From Candidatus Aenigmatarchaeota archaeon (lineage in GTDB: Archaea > Aenigmatarchaeota > Aenigmatarchaeia > CG10238-14), in the NCBI GenBank assembly GCA_018304545.1, contig JAGVVZ010000004.1:9944-73943 (forward strand): a stretch of DNA of 64,000 bases. The letters are read 5' to 3'. Of the stretch, positions 1 to 9,065 are shown piece after piece. Position 1 is the stretch's first letter; each line of letters starts with the position of its first letter. A program made the translations under genes and the position numbers. A model generated the notes under the pieces. That model was not told the DNA's origin and ran no database searches. It saw only the letters and a list, made by a program, of their open reading frames with translations.

Positions 1-290
1 CCAAAAACATTCTTTTCCTCTAATGCTTTGACAGGAATTCCATGAAGCAACTGATATTTGAAAGTTACATAATCGCCGTAAAAATACATATCCATTCTTG
101 AATTACAGTCTTGTGTAGCGTGCCCATATTGCCTAGCAAAACTGTTGAAATCTAGTCCATTTCTTTCATCTTGTTGCTGATACCATTCGTATGCTATTCT
201 CAATAACCATTCGTTTCTATCTCCTACTCCAGCAGGCAATGCATCGGGAGGCAATATTTCAATAACAACTTGAGCATCCAATTCGGGCAT
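1..290 (-). CDS. hypothetical protein, runs off window start
   Basis: Hand-translated open frame from ATG at 290 (MPELDAQVVIEILPPDALPAG...) with no stop before base 1; TTTTAAAG TATA-like box upstream. Confidence 0.55.
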   Translation of the reverse strand, partial: MPELDAQVVIEILPPDALPAGVGDRNEWLLRIAYEWYQQQDERNGLDFNSFARQYGHATQDCNSRMDMYFYGDYVTFKYQLLHGIPVKALEEKNVF

Positions 291-507
291 AAAATAACTT
301 CAATCCAAACCTTTAAAAGTTTAATTGTTCCTGAGTAGTGAATAAAAAATGATATATATGACATCAAGTATACTCTCAGCATATACAATGCGTGTAGTTC
401 AGGGTGGAAGACCAAGACTCTAAATGGACAAAAGCTTCTTTAGGACATTACTATAGAAATCCTTATATATTAGTCATCATATAGTAGCAAATATATTGTG
501 ATATGTT

Positions 508-753
508 ATGAAAGCCTTACAACTATATTTAAGAGACGTAGGAGATTTGTCTACCGGAAAAGAACCTCTTTATGCATATCTTAGAGAACATGCCGATGCC
601 ATGGTTCAAATTAACATAGAACCTAAACCAGATGAACTGTATGTTGGTCGGAAATTAGTTGGTCAAATAGAAAGAACTCCAGGAACAGGAGAATTATGGG
701 GATATTACACCTTAACTTTTAAACCGATTTCCGAGTCAAGTCAATCTAGTTGA
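508..753 (+). CDS. orphan hypothetical protein
   Basis: 81-aa ORF with TTATATAT box upstream; no family recognised. Confidence 0.55.
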   Translation: MKALQLYLRDVGDLSTGKEPLYAYLREHADAMVQINIEPKPDELYVGRKLVGQIERTPGTGELWGYYTLTFKPISESSQSS

Positions 754-887
754 ATATTGTGTTTTAATAATCTTTCTTTGAATCTTGGTTTAATTCAAAC
801 TATTAATGGTTAAACCAATTAAGATACTTTCTTTTAATCGTTTTGATGACATTAATTGATTAACAACAAGAAAAATTGTAGAATAAT

Positions 888-1079
888 TTATCCAACAAAT
901 AGCGCATATTTCCCTGGTACTGAAACACCAAGAAATTGTGCAATTTCGCTTGTCGTAGCATCGTTAACTACTACTAAACCTTTCCAGCTTGCTGACAAGT
1001 TGCTGGACTTACAGACTACACACTCTTTATTCATAGTAAATCTTCTGCATTGCCTGCACACATAAAATCTCTTTGTCAT
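888..1079 (-). CDS. spt4: transcription elongation factor Spt4 (RpoE'')
   Basis: CxxC...CxxC zinc ribbon, SxxWxGLVVV, PGKYA; directly follows rpoE. Confidence 0.95.
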   Translation of the reverse strand: MTKRFYVCRQCRRFTMNKECVVCKSSNLSASWKGLVVVNDATTSEIAQFLGVSVPGKYALFVG

Positions 1080-1648
1080 TACTTTTTCGCTCCAACAACC
1101 TTTGTTGCTTTTTTCTTTTCATCTTCAATCCAGTTAACAGAACCTAATCCGGGCTGCCTCATGGTTAAACCAATTTTATTCTCTTTTCCGCCGACTAGGT
1201 TCAACGATATTATTCTTCCAATGATAGAGTCACCTTCCTTTAATGTTTTCTTTGTGTCTCTACCACTGAAAATCGAGTTTCTTTCATCATAATTTATAAA
1301 GTCATCCAATATTTGCGACACATGCACTAATCCGTCTAACGGTCCGATTCTTACGAACGCGCTAAATTCTGTATTATCAACCACGTCACCGACCACAACC
1401 TCTTGAATTTCAGGTTTATAGACCAATAAATCAAAGGTAACAGGATAATAAACTGATGCATCGCCTGCGGTTATTTTCCCCTCACCTATTTCGTTTATTT
1501 TTAGAACCACTAGACCCACGCCATATCTCTTGTCAGCAACTCTTTCATATTTTTCTGCAATGCTTTCTTTAATTCCTTTTTGAAGCGGCATTCCAAAACG
1601 TGTCGGAGGCACACCAGCCTTCGTTTTTACTGTGACAATTCTATACAT
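1079..1648 (-). CDS. rpoE: RNA polymerase subunit Rpo7 (E')
   Basis: VPPTRFG, GEGKI, S1 domain GPLDGLVHVSQ, IGLTMRQPGLG. Confidence 0.97.
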   Translation of the reverse strand: MYRIVTVKTKAGVPPTRFGMPLQKGIKESIAEKYERVADKRYGVGLVVLKINEIGEGKITAGDASVYYPVTFDLLVYKPEIQEVVVGDVVDNTEFSAFVRIGPLDGLVHVSQILDDFINYDERNSIFSGRDTKKTLKEGDSIIGRIISLNLVGGKENKIGLTMRQPGLGSVNWIEDEKKKATKVVGAKK

Positions 1649-1656
1649 ATGATCTC

Positions 1657-2181
1657 CTATTTCTTGTTAGATTTCATTGCTGTACTTATAACTTCTCTTG
1701 CTTCTTTAGAACCTTTCCACTCACCCGTTTTAACCCACTTTCCAGGTTCGAGTTCTTTCATATGATCGAAAAAATGCTTGATTTTATCTCTAACGACCTG
1801 AGGCAAATCCTTGACATCTTTTATCTGTCCAAAAACCGGATCTATCTTAGCAGAAGGCACAGCTATTATTTTCGTGTCTATTCCGCCTTCATCCTTCATT
1901 TCTAAAAGACCAATCGGTTGGCTAGGAAGTATAACACCAGCTTGTACTGGCTGAGAAGACAAAATCATTATATCCAAAGGATCGTCATCCTCTCCTTTTG
2001 TTCCGCAGACAAACCCATAATTGAAAGGATAATTCATTGCCGTATAAAGAAATCTATCTACGAACAACGCTCCTGTTTCTTCATCCACTTCATATTTGAT
2101 TGATCCTCCTTGGGGTATTTCTACGAATACGTTAACTTTATCAGGTGCGTCTTTTCCTGTAGGAATGTCATTTGCTTGCAT
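1657..2181 (-). CDS. ppa: family I inorganic pyrophosphatase
   Basis: KYE, DRFL, YPFNYGF, DDDPLD, DEGGIDTKIIAV. Confidence 0.97.
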   Translation of the reverse strand: MQANDIPTGKDAPDKVNVFVEIPQGGSIKYEVDEETGALFVDRFLYTAMNYPFNYGFVCGTKGEDDDPLDIMILSSQPVQAGVILPSQPIGLLEMKDEGGIDTKIIAVPSAKIDPVFGQIKDVKDLPQVVRDKIKHFFDHMKELEPGKWVKTGEWKGSKEAREVISTAMKSNKK

Positions 2182-2294
2182 GATTTACCTCTTAATTAAA
2201 TGAATTTAATGTTTATAAAGTATTATTTGTCCTGTTTAATTATTGTAAGCATTATACTAATTCTTTATGCTTTTTAACATCAGTTTAGTCGACG

Positions 2295-2702
2295 TTACAC
2301 GCTTTTCCAAAGGTGATGAAATCTTTTTAGATATTTTAGATCTTCGGCCAGTTTCGACTCGTCATTGGTCTGGAAAAAACCAGGAAAATTGTCCCATTTT
2401 ATTTCTATCAGTTCTTCAGGTTTTTTAATATCTACCTGACCCCCTGATATCTTGCAAACAACAAATACTCTGTCAGTCTTATTCTCAATAAAAAAGTGGT
2501 TATGAAGTACTCTCTCAACAGTCACTTTAATGCCAAATAGCTCCTGTGCCGCTCGCATGGATGCTTGTTCAGGTGTTTCCCCAGGTCTTAATGGATAAGA
2601 AGGCAGCGTCCAGAGATTAGGCATGACATCTTTCATTTTAGATCTTCTTCCAAATAAAATTCGTTCGTTCTGCTTTAGGATAAGAGCAACTTCTTTTGTC
2701 AT
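2295..2702 (-). CDS. Nudix-fold protein with degenerate Nudix box
   Basis: WTLP..PGETPEQASMRAAQELFGI resembles GX5EX7REUXEEXGU but lacks key Glu residues. Confidence 0.75.
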   Translation of the reverse strand: MTKEVALILKQNERILFGRRSKMKDVMPNLWTLPSYPLRPGETPEQASMRAAQELFGIKVTVERVLHNHFFIENKTDRVFVVCKISGGQVDIKKPEELIEIKWDNFPGFFQTNDESKLAEDLKYLKRFHHLWKSV

Positions 2703-2786
2703 GAATAATCATTAGCAGATAAAATATAATTAGTTTACCTGTTGGAAGAAAAAGAAATTTAAAGATTGTAGTTTACAGTTTGTATT

Positions 2787-3062
2787 ATGGTAACACAAGA
2801 TATTCAACCTCAAACCAGACTAACCCTGAATTTATTATATGCTGCGAGTAAATCTATGACCTATGGATCAGATTTCGGTTCAGGCATTGCTTACTCGATT
2901 TATAATTCAACAATAGTTCAACTATTATTAAGACTCCCAATAGAAATTTCCTTACCTCTTTCTCAAGCATACGCTAGTGGTAGAAATCCTTCTGAAAGTG
3001 CTGAATTTTTATTAAAAGCGTTGAAAGATTATGAAGTTGGCGGAGAAAAACCAAGCAAGTAA
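2787..3062 (+). CDS. orphan hypothetical protein
   Basis: 91-aa ORF, TTTAAAG box about 25 nt upstream; lies antisense within the rps6e-eif2g-PIN-ppa-rpoE run. Confidence 0.55.
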   Translation: MVTQDIQPQTRLTLNLLYAASKSMTYGSDFGSGIAYSIYNSTIVQLLLRLPIEISLPLSQAYASGRNPSESAEFLLKALKDYEVGGEKPSK

Positions 3063-3077
3063 TAAGATTCAATAACG

Positions 3078-3470
3078 TTAAAATATTTCCAACTTCTTTT
3101 TCGACCTCAAATAAATTATTTTAGTGCCTTTGTCTTTCAATTTTTTTTGAAGCGCTTTATCATTGGTTGCAACTATGATATTTTTATCAGCCAAATCTAC
3201 AATTTCTTCATCCGTATTTTTTCCTTTGACATCAGCAATCTCCACATCATTTTTTTCTATCATATCTAAAGCAACTTTCGCCGCAGACGAATCCTTGCTA
3301 TCACCTTTTGTAATTTTTTCCAGTTCTCTTTTGATGGAATTTGTAATAACAAATGTAATTTCGCCTTCAATAATTTCTCTGATTTCATCAAATATGTCCA
3401 CCTTGAATTGGCCTGGAACCAAAAGCATGTTTGTATCTAAAATTATTTTTTTCATTTTCGTCTCGCTCAT
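3078..3470 (-). CDS. PIN-domain nuclease (Fcf1/Utp24-like)
   Basis: IILDTN, REL, DEEI, VATNDKAL; conserved position after aIF2-gamma; start moved to ATG 3470 to remove overlap. Confidence 0.9.
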   Translation of the reverse strand: MSETKMKKIILDTNMLLVPGQFKVDIFDEIREIIEGEITFVITNSIKRELEKITKGDSKDSSAAKVALDMIEKNDVEIADVKGKNTDEEIVDLADKNIIVATNDKALQKKLKDKGTKIIYLRSKKKLEIF

Positions 3471-3514
3471 TGAATTAAGATACCTTCTATTAAAAATAAT
3501 ATTGATAAGATCAT

Positions 3515-4729
3515 TTATCCGATCAGTGTTCCGTGTCCAATTAGTCTCCATCTGCCAAGAACCTGCCTTGAAATGACAACCCTGTCTCCGTCATCACCGC
3601 AAATCGGTATTTTTAAGTTCATTTCTACCTTCCTTCCTTTTATTGAACCAACAATTCCAACAGATCTCATTGAACCAATATTTACCATGAGCATTTCATT
3701 TGGTTTGATTTCTTGTATACCTTCCATTTCTTTTGTTCCAACAACTCTTTCCAAAAGCTTAGAGTCAACTCTGATTTTGTCTCTTACTTTAGGTAGTTTT
3801 CCAGGTAATCCTACAACATTACCTGCGAGGACGTCTGCTTTAGTTACATAAGGATCTAGTTTTGTCATCAAGCCAAGCAACCCACCGGGTCCGGCTTCTT
3901 CTATTTCAAAACTCGCCTTTCTCAACGAAACTATTCTTGTAAATATTGGTTTCCATTCATTATCAATTCTCATCCCGGGTCTTATTTCAATTTCTCCATC
4001 AACCTTCAAAACTCCCTGGACAACAGAACCGCCCAATATGCCACCAACTAACTGGTCGGCAGATGAGCCGGGTTTGTTAATGTCAAAACTTCTTGCAATA
4101 TACATCTTAGGATTTTTTGCCTCATCTCTTTTTGGCGTGGGTATGAATTCATTGATAGCTTCGATTATATATTCAATGTTTATTTTTTGCTGAGCCGAGA
4201 TAGGAATTATCGGTGAATTTTCTGCTATGGTTCCCTTTACAAATTCTTTTATCTCTTCATAGTGTTCTTTCACTCTCTCCTGAGATACCAAATCAATTTT
4301 ATTTTGAATTATAACAATATTTTTTATCCCTACAACTTCTAAAGCAGTTAAATGTTCGCGGGTCTGTGGCAACGGACATTTCTCATTAGCTGCTATTAAT
4401 AGCAACGCACCGTCTAGTATAGCTGATCCTGTCAAAACAGTTGCCATTAGGCTTTCATGTCCGGGGGCGTCAACAAAAGACACTGTTCGTAGAGGTTTTG
4501 TATCAGTGAAACATGATTGACATTTGTTCGTTGACGCGTGTTTTTTACATTTTGGACATTCATAAAAAGTAGCGTCAGCATATCCCAACTTTATTGTAAT
4601 ACCTCTTTTGATTTCTTCAGAATGAGTGTCTGTCCATTTTCCAGTTAAAGCATCAACAAGAGTGGTTTTGCCGTGATCAACGTGTCCTAATAAGCCTATG
4701 TTAACCTCGGGGATAAATTTTAGATTCAA
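3515..4729 (-). CDS. eif2g: translation initiation factor aIF2 gamma
   Basis: GHVDHGKT, RGITI, zinc knuckle, DAPGH, NKID, WRLIG; start probably TTG 4729. Confidence 0.98.
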   Translation of the reverse strand: MNLKFIPEVNIGLLGHVDHGKTTLVDALTGKWTDTHSEEIKRGITIKLGYADATFYECPKCKKHASTNKCQSCFTDTKPLRTVSFVDAPGHESLMATVLTGSAILDGALLLIAANEKCPLPQTREHLTALEVVGIKNIVIIQNKIDLVSQERVKEHYEEIKEFVKGTIAENSPIIPISAQQKINIEYIIEAINEFIPTPKRDEAKNPKMYIARSFDINKPGSSADQLVGGILGGSVVQGVLKVDGEIEIRPGMRIDNEWKPIFTRIVSLRKASFEIEEAGPGGLLGLMTKLDPYVTKADVLAGNVVGLPGKLPKVRDKIRVDSKLLERVVGTKEMEGIQEIKPNEMLMVNIGSMRSVGIVGSIKGRKVEMNLKIPICGDDGDRVVISRQVLGRWRLIGHGTLIG

Positions 4730-4742
4730 CTTTTTATTGAAA

Positions 4743-5159
4743 TTACTCACCTTGTTTAGGTTTTGGTTCGTCTCCACCTTTCTTGCCAAGTAATTCTTCC
4801 AGCGGCTTGTTGCCTTCTTTGATAACCTTTGTGTTTATCTGAGTTATGTCTCTGGATATTGTGTTCCCCCGTATCATCATTCTCTTTCTCTGTCCTTTTA
4901 TTTTCGGGTTGAATCCGGGCGGATGAGATAATACCGTTTTCTTCTTAACTGGCCCATGAACACTCGGAATCATAGGAAAACCGTCTTTATCTGTTCCTCC
5001 AGTTATTTGCAATTCATAACTAGACAAACCCAATATATCTCCATTGAAATTTTCTCCAATTCTTTTTCCTACAATGCCAGCTGCTTTGTCCTGGTCGACA
5101 ATAACTGAATATGATCTCCTTGTTTTTGGATCCGAAACTACAACTTTGAAATCTGCCAT
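4743..5159 (-). CDS. rps6e: 30S ribosomal protein S6e
   Basis: FKVVVSDP, ITGGTDKDGFPM, RGN. Confidence 0.97.
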   Translation of the reverse strand: MADFKVVVSDPKTRRSYSVIVDQDKAAGIVGKRIGENFNGDILGLSSYELQITGGTDKDGFPMIPSVHGPVKKKTVLSHPPGFNPKIKGQRKRMMIRGNTISRDITQINTKVIKEGNKPLEELLGKKGGDEPKPKQGE

Positions 5160-5271
5160 ACTTTCACCTTTTAATATTTCAATATTTTGATTTTTATTCT
5201 TTAATTTTAGAATAGTTAAATCTTACAAACTTAAATGTTTGCTCATATAGGATTATTGTGCTGAATATTTT

Positions 5272-5700
5272 CTATCTATGAATTGGAACTTCACAAACTT
5301 TATTGCCATTAACATCTAGAATTATACCCACATCTGATCCAATAGGAATATACAGTTCATATGTTACTCCTGAGTCATCTTGAAATTGTACAACGGTTTC
5401 TATTGGTGTATTAGGTCCCTGTTGTCTGGCGTATGCATATAAATCATATTTTGAAGGCCTGAACCTACAATTTTCTTCTAATTTTCCCGCGTTTACAAGT
5501 GCACCATCAAGAGATCTCGTATCAATAGTGTCGCCTCCTTCTTGTGGTATGCTATATCGTGTTGTTGCAGCATATGTCGGAGTAGCTGCGACTGTAGTAG
5601 GAGACACAGGAAGTAAAAGACTACATGCATACGTAAACAAAGCTGTTGTTGCAGCAAGTAAAGCATATCTTGTTTTCATATAAACAACGTTAATAATCAT
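5272..5700 (-). CDS. secreted or lipoprotein-like hypothetical protein
   Basis: Signal-like MKTRYALLAATTALFTYAC followed by Thr/Pro-rich linker. Confidence 0.55.
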   Translation of the reverse strand: MIINVVYMKTRYALLAATTALFTYACSLLLPVSPTTVAATPTYAATTRYSIPQEGGDTIDTRSLDGALVNAGKLEENCRFRPSKYDLYAYARQQGPNTPIETVVQFQDDSGVTYELYIPIGSDVGIILDVNGNKVCEVPIHR

Positions 5701-5719
5701 ATAAGAATTTAAATATGAT

Positions 5720-6658
5720 CTATAGTTTTTTGCAAAAATATTCTACAGTCTTATAATAGTTATTGATTGCCAAAATAAGCAGTTTTCTTATAGTTTTTCT
5801 GTCCTTTCCAGATCTTAAATTCATCATATCCTCTATTACTGGTTTGCCGTTTTTTCTAATTACATCAGGAATTTTCATGTTAACCATATTTTTTAATTCG
5901 AGATATCTTTTATTCTGAAACATTTTGAAAGTTACCCATGTCATATTCAATCCTATATATGCTAAAAACGCATCATCCAACACATGTTTTTTGTCCTTTT
6001 TTAGATCATTTAAAATTCCGTTTTCTGTATAGAATATTTTATTAGCATTTTCCAAGACAACTTTATAATTTTCATAAAGCTGATTGTCAAATCCAAAGGC
6101 CATGACACGGGAGTTAGCCAGTATGTCTTTTATAAGTAGCGTCATTGTCGATCCTACTCTTGTAAATGATACCAATAATCTTTCAATCGTAAACGGTTTT
6201 TTCGGTTTATGCCTGTCTAACAAATAAAAAATTCTGTCTGCAGCATTCTCCATCTCTTCATTCAGTATATCTTCTATTCCGTCTTGTTTATTCAACAAGT
6301 GCATCAGCTCATGGGCAAAAAGACCGGATATAGCTTGAATATTATTTGTCCGAAATATTTCCTCATTCGCATTTAACATTATAATGGGCGATTTTCCTTT
6401 CTCCCAGTATGAAAAGTTAGGCTTGTTGCCGCATACCCATTCTCTCATCTCACCGTGTCTCTTTACTTTCAGCCTTTTTCCAGAGTTTAGAATTATTTTA
6501 CAAACAGCAATAGGATTTGTTGTTACATAAACATCTAACTTCTTTAAACTCTTCACATGCGCTCTCTCCTCAAATTCTCTTATGACATTAGAAATAGCAA
6601 TCGATACGATGCCCTTTTGCTTACCCTTAATATCAATGTGTTTTATCACCTGGAGCAT
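5720..6658 (-). CDS. hypothetical protein with zincin HExxH motif
   Basis: GLFAHELMH in a 312-aa ORF. Confidence 0.65.
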   Translation of the reverse strand: MLQVIKHIDIKGKQKGIVSIAISNVIREFEERAHVKSLKKLDVYVTTNPIAVCKIILNSGKRLKVKRHGEMREWVCGNKPNFSYWEKGKSPIIMLNANEEIFRTNNIQAISGLFAHELMHLLNKQDGIEDILNEEMENAADRIFYLLDRHKPKKPFTIERLLVSFTRVGSTMTLLIKDILANSRVMAFGFDNQLYENYKVVLENANKIFYTENGILNDLKKDKKHVLDDAFLAYIGLNMTWVTFKMFQNKRYLELKNMVNMKIPDVIRKNGKPVIEDMMNLRSGKDRKTIRKLLILAINNYYKTVEYFCKKL

Positions 6659-6753
6659 AATAGAATATGGAATATATTTAATAAAACATTTTATTTTGCA
6701 CTTATGGAAATTCGTTTAAAGATTCTTGCTTAAGTTTTCTGCAGAGGAATAAT

Positions 6754-7080
6754 ATGAGCCTGGAGCTAACAGAAGAAATGCTTCTATCCATGAAACCAGA
6801 TGATCTGAAATCAGTTTTAGTGATTTATGCATATGGTATGACGTGTCCTCAAACAACAATTGACAGGTTAAGAGAATACGGTATAGGGGACGTGTATGCC
6901 TTTGAAATAATTCATAACTACTATTTGGCTATTCTTGGATCCGCGTTTCCCCGAGCAAGAGAAGCCATATTGGAAGCATATAAAGAGGGTTATGATAAAA
7001 TTAAAAAACAAATGGTATCAATCGTAGAGTATGAACCAATAAAACCACATATGATAATCAGGCATATTTTGCTTCAATAG
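6754..7080 (+). CDS. orphan hypothetical protein
   Basis: 108-aa ORF, GAGG upstream. Confidence 0.55.
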   Translation: MSLELTEEMLLSMKPDDLKSVLVIYAYGMTCPQTTIDRLREYGIGDVYAFEIIHNYYLAILGSAFPRAREAILEAYKEGYDKIKKQMVSIVEYEPIKPHMIIRHILLQ

Positions 7081-7093
7081 ATTTGCATCGATC

Positions 7094-7110
7094 GAAAGTG
7101 ATTTATAAGT
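7094..7110 (+). promoter_or_regulatory. BRE/TATA promoter of the Trp module
   Basis: GAAAG..TTTATAAG about 30 nt before ATG 7138. Confidence 0.55.
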
Positions 7111-7137
7111 AACAATTGTATAATACTGTTGAGTCAA

Positions 7138-7176
7138 ATGGCTGGCGAAGACGTTTGGACTTTCGAAGTCCGCTAG
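7138..7176 (+). other. uORF MAGEDVWTFEVR (one Trp codon) overlapping the wHTH frame
   Basis: First ATG after the TATA box; stop TAG 7174-7176; wHTH lies in the +1 frame. Confidence 0.4.
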
Positions 7177-7372
7177 AAAGATATTGTTAGTTTTGTCTAG
7201 TTCTGATTCTCATGGTATAAATCAAAAGGAAATTAGAAATAGAACAGGTTTGTCGGTTAGAAATATTAAATATTGCCTTTCTTTTCTTAAACAAAGGAAC
7301 ATTGTTCTTGAAAATCTTGTTTTTAGGGACATGAGATGTAAAACCTATAAATTGAGAGGCGAGTCAGGATGA
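7157..7372 (+). CDS. small winged-helix transcriptional regulator (start ambiguous)
   Basis: GLSKSARKILLVL...INQKEIRNRTGLSVRNIKYCLSFL...DMRCKTYKL; wHTH-like sequence extends upstream of TTG 7184 with no in-frame ATG. Confidence 0.75.
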   Translation, partial: GLSKSARKILLVLSSSDSHGINQKEIRNRTGLSVRNIKYCLSFLKQRNIVLENLVFRDMRCKTYKLRGESG

Positions 7373-7375
7373 CTG

Positions 7376-8083
7376 GTGAACCTGTTTGGAAAGAAAGAGA
7401 AGAAACGGATAGTAGGAATTGTGGGAGGGTTGGGACCAGAGACAACATCCCAATTTTATTTAAAACTCATAGAACTAGCTAGAAAATATGATGACTCATA
7501 CCCCTCTTTGATCATAGATAACGTGGCTTTTCCATTCCGTTTAGAAAGAGAAATAATAATACACTCGAAAAACGAAGAGGAGATATTACCCTTCATAAAA
7601 GATTGCATTATTCGGCTAAACAAGGCAGGCGCAGATTATATAGTGATACCTTGCAATACTGTTCATGTTTTCATAGAAGATTTCAGAAAACTCTCGTCTG
7701 TTCCTGTTATTAGCATAGTCGAAGAATCTGTGAAGGATATAATTTCCCATGATTTTAAAAACGTAGGAATATTGGGCACGACAAAAACAATAGAGAGTGA
7801 AATTTATCAAAAGGAATTAAAAAGAAATGGAATAAAATTCACAATACCACCAACTAAGAGACAAAGAACGCTCTCTTCATTGATAGTAGATATACTTGAG
7901 GGTAAGAAAGATCCAGATTCAATAGATCTGATATGTAGTGAATTAATTTTACAGGGTTCTGATTGTCTCCTTCTTGCATGTACCGAGTTACAACTTGTAA
8001 CATCCGAAATAGACTTTAATGTCAGTGTTTTGGATACAACAAATATTTTGATCAAAAAAACCTTTGAAATTTTGAAAGGATGA
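7376..8083 (+). CDS. Asp/Glu-racemase-family amino acid racemase
   Basis: VGIVGGLGP; both catalytic Cys present (PCNT, ACTEL). Confidence 0.92.
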   Translation: MNLFGKKEKKRIVGIVGGLGPETTSQFYLKLIELARKYDDSYPSLIIDNVAFPFRLEREIIIHSKNEEEILPFIKDCIIRLNKAGADYIVIPCNTVHVFIEDFRKLSSVPVISIVEESVKDIISHDFKNVGILGTTKTIESEIYQKELKRNGIKFTIPPTKRQRTLSSLIVDILEGKKDPDSIDLICSELILQGSDCLLLACTELQLVTSEIDFNVSVLDTTNILIKKTFEILKG

Positions 8084-8087
8084 TTGT

Positions 8088-9065
8088 ATGTCGAATTTTT
8101 TATATGGCTCAATACCATTAATGGCAGAAAAAATTAGCAGGTTACCATTAAGACCAGCAGAAGAATTACCCGATTTGTATAATGAAAGTTTAATTATTAG
8201 AAGAGGGCACTTAATAGGTTACATACCATTCCATCCAGATGCAACAATCCTTACCTGCATGTGTTTTGAAAGTGGTGGTATTGGGTTATCTGTTTACCCA
8301 TCTTTAGAAATAGCAGATTCGTTGAAAAATATTCATCCTGTTAGATTTCTCATACCTACATATGAATACAGAACCTACAGACTACTGCCAGATAAAGATA
8401 TAAAAAGAAATGAAAGGGAAGCAAGAAAGTTACTTAATAACAGAGAATTTGAAGTAATAGATGTTTCAGAAGAACCTTATATGTCTAGAAGATTGAAAAT
8501 GTTTTCGAGAATATTGCCTTACATGAAATATGGAAATTCTCTAAATGCTTATCCTCTTGGAGATGGGTACCTTCAACTTGCATTAGGAGCTTTAGAAATA
8601 TCAGATATCCTTCTATGCGTAGAAGATCATGGAAATACTGTTGTGGTGTCTGATGAAGGATGCGCTGGTCCTGTAATAACAGCTAAAAGAATTGCAAAAT
8701 ATTTTGGATACAAAAGTGAAAATTTAGGAGTATTAGCATACTGCGAAGCTGTGAGTTTGGATGAAGAAAGTACAATGTATGCTGCTAGTGAAACAAATAA
8801 ACTTCATTTAATGAGTGATGATCCTGATAAAATAAAATATTCAATTACAACTGGCGGTAGAACAAAAGAAGAACATGCGTCACAAGGCGGTAAGCCATAT
8901 CAATGTCCAGTACAAGTAGTGCATTCTATGATTGCATATAATGATGCGATACTCGCTACTTGTGCTGAAGAATGTATGAAAGGCACTCTTGGATGTACAG
9001 ATCATAAATCACTAGTTATGGAAGAGTATGGACTCTTTATGCGAGGAACGGAGAGAAGGCCATGA
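8088..9065 (+). CDS. degenerate tryptophanyl-tRNA synthetase paralog
   Basis: Colinear similarity to adjacent TrpRS (IIRRGHLIG/FLRRGIFFA; DDPDKIKYSITTGGRTKEEHASQGGKP/DDPKQ..KYAYSGGQATIEEHRKKGGNP); HIGH, AIDQ and KMSSS motifs are lost. Confidence 0.8.
   Translation: MSNFLYGSIPLMAEKISRLPLRPAEELPDLYNESLIIRRGHLIGYIPFHPDATILTCMCFESGGIGLSVYPSLEIADSLKNIHPVRFLIPTYEYRTYRLLPDKDIKRNEREARKLLNNREFEVIDVSEEPYMSRRLKMFSRILPYMKYGNSLNAYPLGDGYLQLALGALEISDILLCVEDHGNTVVVSDEGCAGPVITAKRIAKYFGYKSENLGVLAYCEAVSLDEESTMYAASETNKLHLMSDDPDKIKYSITTGGRTKEEHASQGGKPYQCPVQVVHSMIAYNDAILATCAEECMKGTLGCTDHKSLVMEEYGLFMRGTERRP

Noticed and set aside
3471-3551. Long PIN/eif2g overlap, and the eif2g/rps6e overlap at 4743-4789
   Set aside because: Artefacts of longest-ORF start choice; homology begins downstream
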